Shown piece after piece: positions 60,788-64,000 of a stretch of 64,000 nucleotides of DNA (the stretch's first letter is position 1; each line of letters begins with the position of its first letter). The notes beneath the pieces are model-generated. The model was not told the origin of the DNA, made no database searches, and was given only the letters and a program-made list of their open reading frames with translations. Made by a program: the position numbers and the translations under genes. Source of the DNA: Thermodesulfobacteriota bacterium (GTDB lineage: Bacteria > Desulfobacterota > Desulfarculia > JACQYL01); the NCBI GenBank assembly GCA_963675595.2, contig CAXXLZ010000002.1:3424001-3488000 (forward strand), written 5' to 3'.

Positions 60788-61281
60788 GCCCGAGATCCGG
60801 GTTTTGTTTTATGTCGATTGTGATCGGCGTCTTGGCCTTCAGCGCGTCGATCTCCCACGGCACTGATTTGCCCGCGGGACGATGGTGGAAACGCCCCATG
60901 GTGATTCAGCGATTGGGACTTAACGAGGAGCAGAGGCGGAAACTGGACGAAGCGCTGCTTGTACACAAGAAGGAGATCATTGAACTGCGTGCGATGGTCG
61001 ATAAAGAAAAGCTGGAATTGGAGGTCGGCTTCGGTCGAAAAGACCTTAACGATGCCCAAGTGATGGAGGTTTTCAGAAGACTCGAGCAAGCGAGATCACG
61101 TCTGGCCGAAGCACGTTTCAAGTTTGTGCTCTCCGTCAGAAAGATATTGAGTTATGATCAGTTTCAAACACTCGTGGAGCTTTTCGATGAACTCAAGAAA
61201 AGGAAAGGGCCGGGCGGTCCCCGTCGAGGAATGCAAGGCGGGGACCCCTATCCGGCCTACCCCGAGCCCCAACCACGGTAG
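60784..61281 (+). CDS. periplasmic heavy-metal sensor / Spy-CpxP-like protein
   Basis: Signal peptide, WW..P, LGLNEEQ and ILSYDQ (LTxxQ-like motifs), GPGG tail. Confidence 0.8.
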   Translation: MSPRSGFCFMSIVIGVLAFSASISHGTDLPAGRWWKRPMVIQRLGLNEEQRRKLDEALLVHKKEIIELRAMVDKEKLELEVGFGRKDLNDAQVMEVFRRLEQARSRLAEARFKFVLSVRKILSYDQFQTLVELFDELKKRKGPGGPRRGMQGGDPYPAYPEPQPR

Positions 61282-61538
61282 TTGGCCGCTCGGATCCGTT
61301 TGGGGCGGGCGTCCAAAGGGGAAGCCCTCGAGAAGCCGCGGGATTTTCAGCGAGGGCCGTTTCCCCGTGCCTATTATGAACCTACTCAACCGAAAGCCAC
61401 GGAGATCATGGACGGTGATCGGGTTCGCCCGTTACCCGCTCGTAGGACGTAATTGAGCGGGGGAGGGCGTTTCGATGTGGTTTTTCAACGTGGGACATGG
61501 GAGAGAAGTCGGATCGGTTGGAGCGAGTCACCCACCTG

Positions 61539-62243
61539 TCAGTGGATGGTTTCTACCCATTGCTTCGCCAGTATCCTGAAATAGGCCATTTCATCGGACG
61601 AATACGGCTTGATTTCACGAAAATCAAGATTGAGGGCGTCTTCCGGCTGAAAATGCTGCAATCGCCAGGAAGAGGCCCCTTGAAGCGCCAGCGCCATCTC
61701 AATTATTTCGCGCTCTCCGTGAAGGCCCGGGACCACGGTAGTGCGGAACTCGTTGGGAATGCCGGACGTTTTCAAGACCGCTATGGATCGTGAGATGGCG
61801 TCGGTGTCCACCGTGGTACCCGCGCACCCGGAATAAGCCTCGGGCTCAAGGGGACCCTTCAAGTCCATGGAAACGGAATCCAGCAGCCCGGCATTCAGCA
61901 AACTCTCGATGACTGAAGGGTTGCTGCCGTTGGTGTCCAATTTCACGGCGAATCCACGGCCTCTCAGCTCACGCATCAAAGTTTCCAGGCCCTGTTGAAG
62001 CGTGGGCTCTCCCCCGGTGACCGTAACACCGTCTATCCAGCTCCCGAAGGATTCCAGTCGTTCCAAAACGTCCTCCAAAGGGTGGGAGAACAGGCTTTCA
62101 GGCGACAGGACCAAAGGATGATTATGGCAAAAGGGACATCGGAAGTTGCAGCCTCCCGTGAACAGCACGGCGGAAACACGACCGGGCCAATCCACAAAGG
62201 AGGTTTCGATGATTCCCTTAATTTCAACACCCTTCGGGAGCAT
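61539..62243 (-). CDS. nrdG: anaerobic ribonucleotide reductase activating radical-SAM protein
   Basis: CNFRCPFCHN, TGGEPT, DTNG, FRTT; in operon with nrdD. Confidence 0.92.
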   Translation of the reverse strand: MLPKGVEIKGIIETSFVDWPGRVSAVLFTGGCNFRCPFCHNHPLVLSPESLFSHPLEDVLERLESFGSWIDGVTVTGGEPTLQQGLETLMRELRGRGFAVKLDTNGSNPSVIESLLNAGLLDSVSMDLKGPLEPEAYSGCAGTTVDTDAISRSIAVLKTSGIPNEFRTTVVPGLHGEREIIEMALALQGASSWRLQHFQPEDALNLDFREIKPYSSDEMAYFRILAKQWVETIH

Positions 62244-62251
62244 GTTTGGTT

Positions 62252-62536
62252 CTAGTCCGTAAAAACTCGGAGTCCGACGAGTTGTTTGGGCTTGGCTCCG
62301 GATTCATGGAGATGCCGGCAAATCGGTTGGACGCCGGCAATTGAAGAACAATCGTCCAGGACCAGGATGGGGAGTTCTTTTCGAGCGGTTTCCACGAGTT
62401 CGTGCCATGCGAGGTGGGCTAGTGCGGAAGAATTCTCCGGGCCCAGTTCCTCGATGTTGATGCCCAGGTCGGCCAAGTCGAACTGGTCCTTCACATAGTC
62501 GCAGTTCGTACAACTGCTCTTGGTGAACAACGTCAT
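62252..62536 (-). CDS. glutaredoxin/NrdH-like redoxin
   Basis: LFTKSSCTNC CxxC, LPILVLDD; lies between nrdD and nrdG. Confidence 0.7.
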   Translation of the reverse strand: MTLFTKSSCTNCDYVKDQFDLADLGINIEELGPENSSALAHLAWHELVETARKELPILVLDDCSSIAGVQPICRHLHESGAKPKQLVGLRVFTD

Positions 62537-62553
62537 GAACCTCTCCTTTGATT

Positions 62554-63999
62554 CTATGAGTTGAATCCTACCTTGCCGGTCCAGGGCAGAGAGCCGCTGC
62601 CGCTTTTCGCCGCGTCCTTCGTGGAAAAACGATTCCGATACCTGTCTCTTAGTTCACCCAATTTCCCTTTGTTCCAGCTGGAAACCCGAGTGAAGTACCC
62701 CGTGATCCTGGTGATGCATTCAATGCTTTCAGAGCCGCAATGGGGACATGATTTCAGCAGACCCCGGGACGTCCTGCCGCACGAATTGCACGTGGTAAAC
62801 TCGGGAGAGAAGGCGATCTGATCGTTCTTGCTTTGCTTGAAGGTCTTGATGATGAAATTGGCAAGAGATTCGGCAGAGGGCTGCGACTCGCCCAACCAGA
62901 TATGCGTCAGAGCCCCCGCTTCGATCAGCGGATGAAACAGGCCTTCGAATTTCACGCGTTCGATGGGGTTCATGGGAGCGCCCACGTTGAAGAGCGTGGA
63001 ATTGGTATAATAGATTTCACCGGTCTCGAGATTTCCTCGCAGAACTTTTTCCGCTTCATCGGGAAAATGCTTGTTATCCAGTTTGGCGAAACGGTAGGCG
63101 GTGCTTTCGGCGGGAGTTTGCTCCAGGACGAACCGCATGCCGTACTTTTCTGAAAATCGCTGAGCCGCAAGATTCATGTGCGCGATGACTCGGAGACCGA
63201 ATTTCATGGCCTCTTCGGATTCGTGCAGCTCTTGGCCCAGGTGGTACTGGATCAACTCATTAAGGCCCACCATGCCCACCAAGAAGGTGCAACGGTGCAT
63301 CCTCAAATAAGGAGTGCCGTCGGGGTCCATGTTCAGCAAGGCAAGAGGCCCTGTTTTCCCATGGGCCAGCAGCTTCTCAATGAATTCCTTTTTCTCTTTA
63401 TGGGCCTGCGCCGCGGCTTGAACTCTGCGGGTCAGTAGCTGGAAGAGACGTGTTTCATCGCCCTTGGCTTCATAAGCGATGCGGGGGAGATTGAGCGTGA
63501 CGTTCTGGAGAGCCGAGTAACGCATCTTCCAAGGTTCTTTGGCATCTTCCAGGTCCGACTGCTCCAGCTTGAACGACAACCGGCAACATTCCGAGATTTT
63601 CGCTGTTTCCCCTCGATCGAAGACAAAATACGTGTTCCCTTTTTCCCCGGCGACCCGGCAGATGTGGTTCAGGAACTCCGCATGTCCGGGCGTCCTGAAG
63701 AATTTCTCCGTGATGTGCACCAAAGGTTTGGGAAAGAAAAAAGGTCTGCCCGATCCGTCTCCTTCCAGGAAGACGTCGAACAACATCCAAGCAAATTTTT
63801 GGGAAAGCTCAATATAATCGGAATAGGTCTTTCCGGTATATACCCCGCCCGGGCCGATGGCGGGCACGTCTTCAAAGTGTTTGGGGATCTCCCAATAGAG
63901 ATTGATGTCCGTGAAGATGGCTTGGCCTCCCCGAGCCACCGCCTGTTGAGAAAATTCAAAAACCATCATTTGCGCGAGTTGCTTGATCTGTTGATCGGA
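62554..63999 (-). CDS. nrdD: class III (anaerobic) ribonucleoside-triphosphate reductase, 5' part outside the window
   Basis: FPKP, SECCRL, TPAES, YYTNS, CNSC..CPHC zinc site, RITGY glycyl-radical motif. Confidence 0.95.
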   Translation of the reverse strand, partial: SDQQIKQLAQMMVFEFSQQAVARGGQAIFTDINLYWEIPKHFEDVPAIGPGGVYTGKTYSDYIELSQKFAWMLFDVFLEGDGSGRPFFFPKPLVHITEKFFRTPGHAEFLNHICRVAGEKGNTYFVFDRGETAKISECCRLSFKLEQSDLEDAKEPWKMRYSALQNVTLNLPRIAYEAKGDETRLFQLLTRRVQAAAQAHKEKKEFIEKLLAHGKTGPLALLNMDPDGTPYLRMHRCTFLVGMVGLNELIQYHLGQELHESEEAMKFGLRVIAHMNLAAQRFSEKYGMRFVLEQTPAESTAYRFAKLDNKHFPDEAEKVLRGNLETGEIYYTNSTLFNVGAPMNPIERVKFEGLFHPLIEAGALTHIWLGESQPSAESLANFIIKTFKQSKNDQIAFSPEFTTCNSCGRTSRGLLKSCPHCGSESIECITRITGYFTRVSSWNKGKLGELRDRYRNRFSTKDAAKSGSGSLPWTGKVGFNS

Positions 64000-64000
64000 A

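Overview
A GC-rich bacterial chromosome segment. Gene content and order (glmM-coaX, xseA-M23-xseB-ispA-dxs-tlyA, class III RNR, MucR, PAS/GAF kinases) suggest an anaerobic Desulfobacterota (delta-proteobacterium); this is an inference. Most of the window is housekeeping: peptidoglycan synthesis and recycling (glmM, LD-carboxypeptidase, serine hydrolase, mpl, peptide ABC transporter, NamZ), PiT, malQ, a nucleotide-sugar dehydrogenase, MscS, corA, a full trpEGDCFBA operon, nadBCA-niaR, a two-kinase phosphorelay, HU, isoprenoid genes, an ECF sigma module and nrdD-(nrdH)-nrdG. No rRNA, tRNA or CRISPR array was seen. Four things stand out that the ORF track does not show. (1) A candidate ~180-nt small RNA at 13418-13597 with an IHF site, a sigma54 -24/-12 promoter, stem-loops with repeated ACGG loop motifs, a C-rich anti-SD-like tract and a strong terminator. 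(2) A 23-aa Trp-Trp-Trp leader peptide with an antiterminator and two tandem terminators ahead of trpE. (3) An AT-rich foreign membrane-protein gene that reads in frame again after removing an IS1634 element (5-bp TSD) and an IS701-like element (9-bp TSD), and that is also truncated by an 11x16-bp tandem repeat. (4) A Firmicutes-style nadBCA/NiaR unit with candidate operators. Start codons were chosen by eye and no database searches were run.
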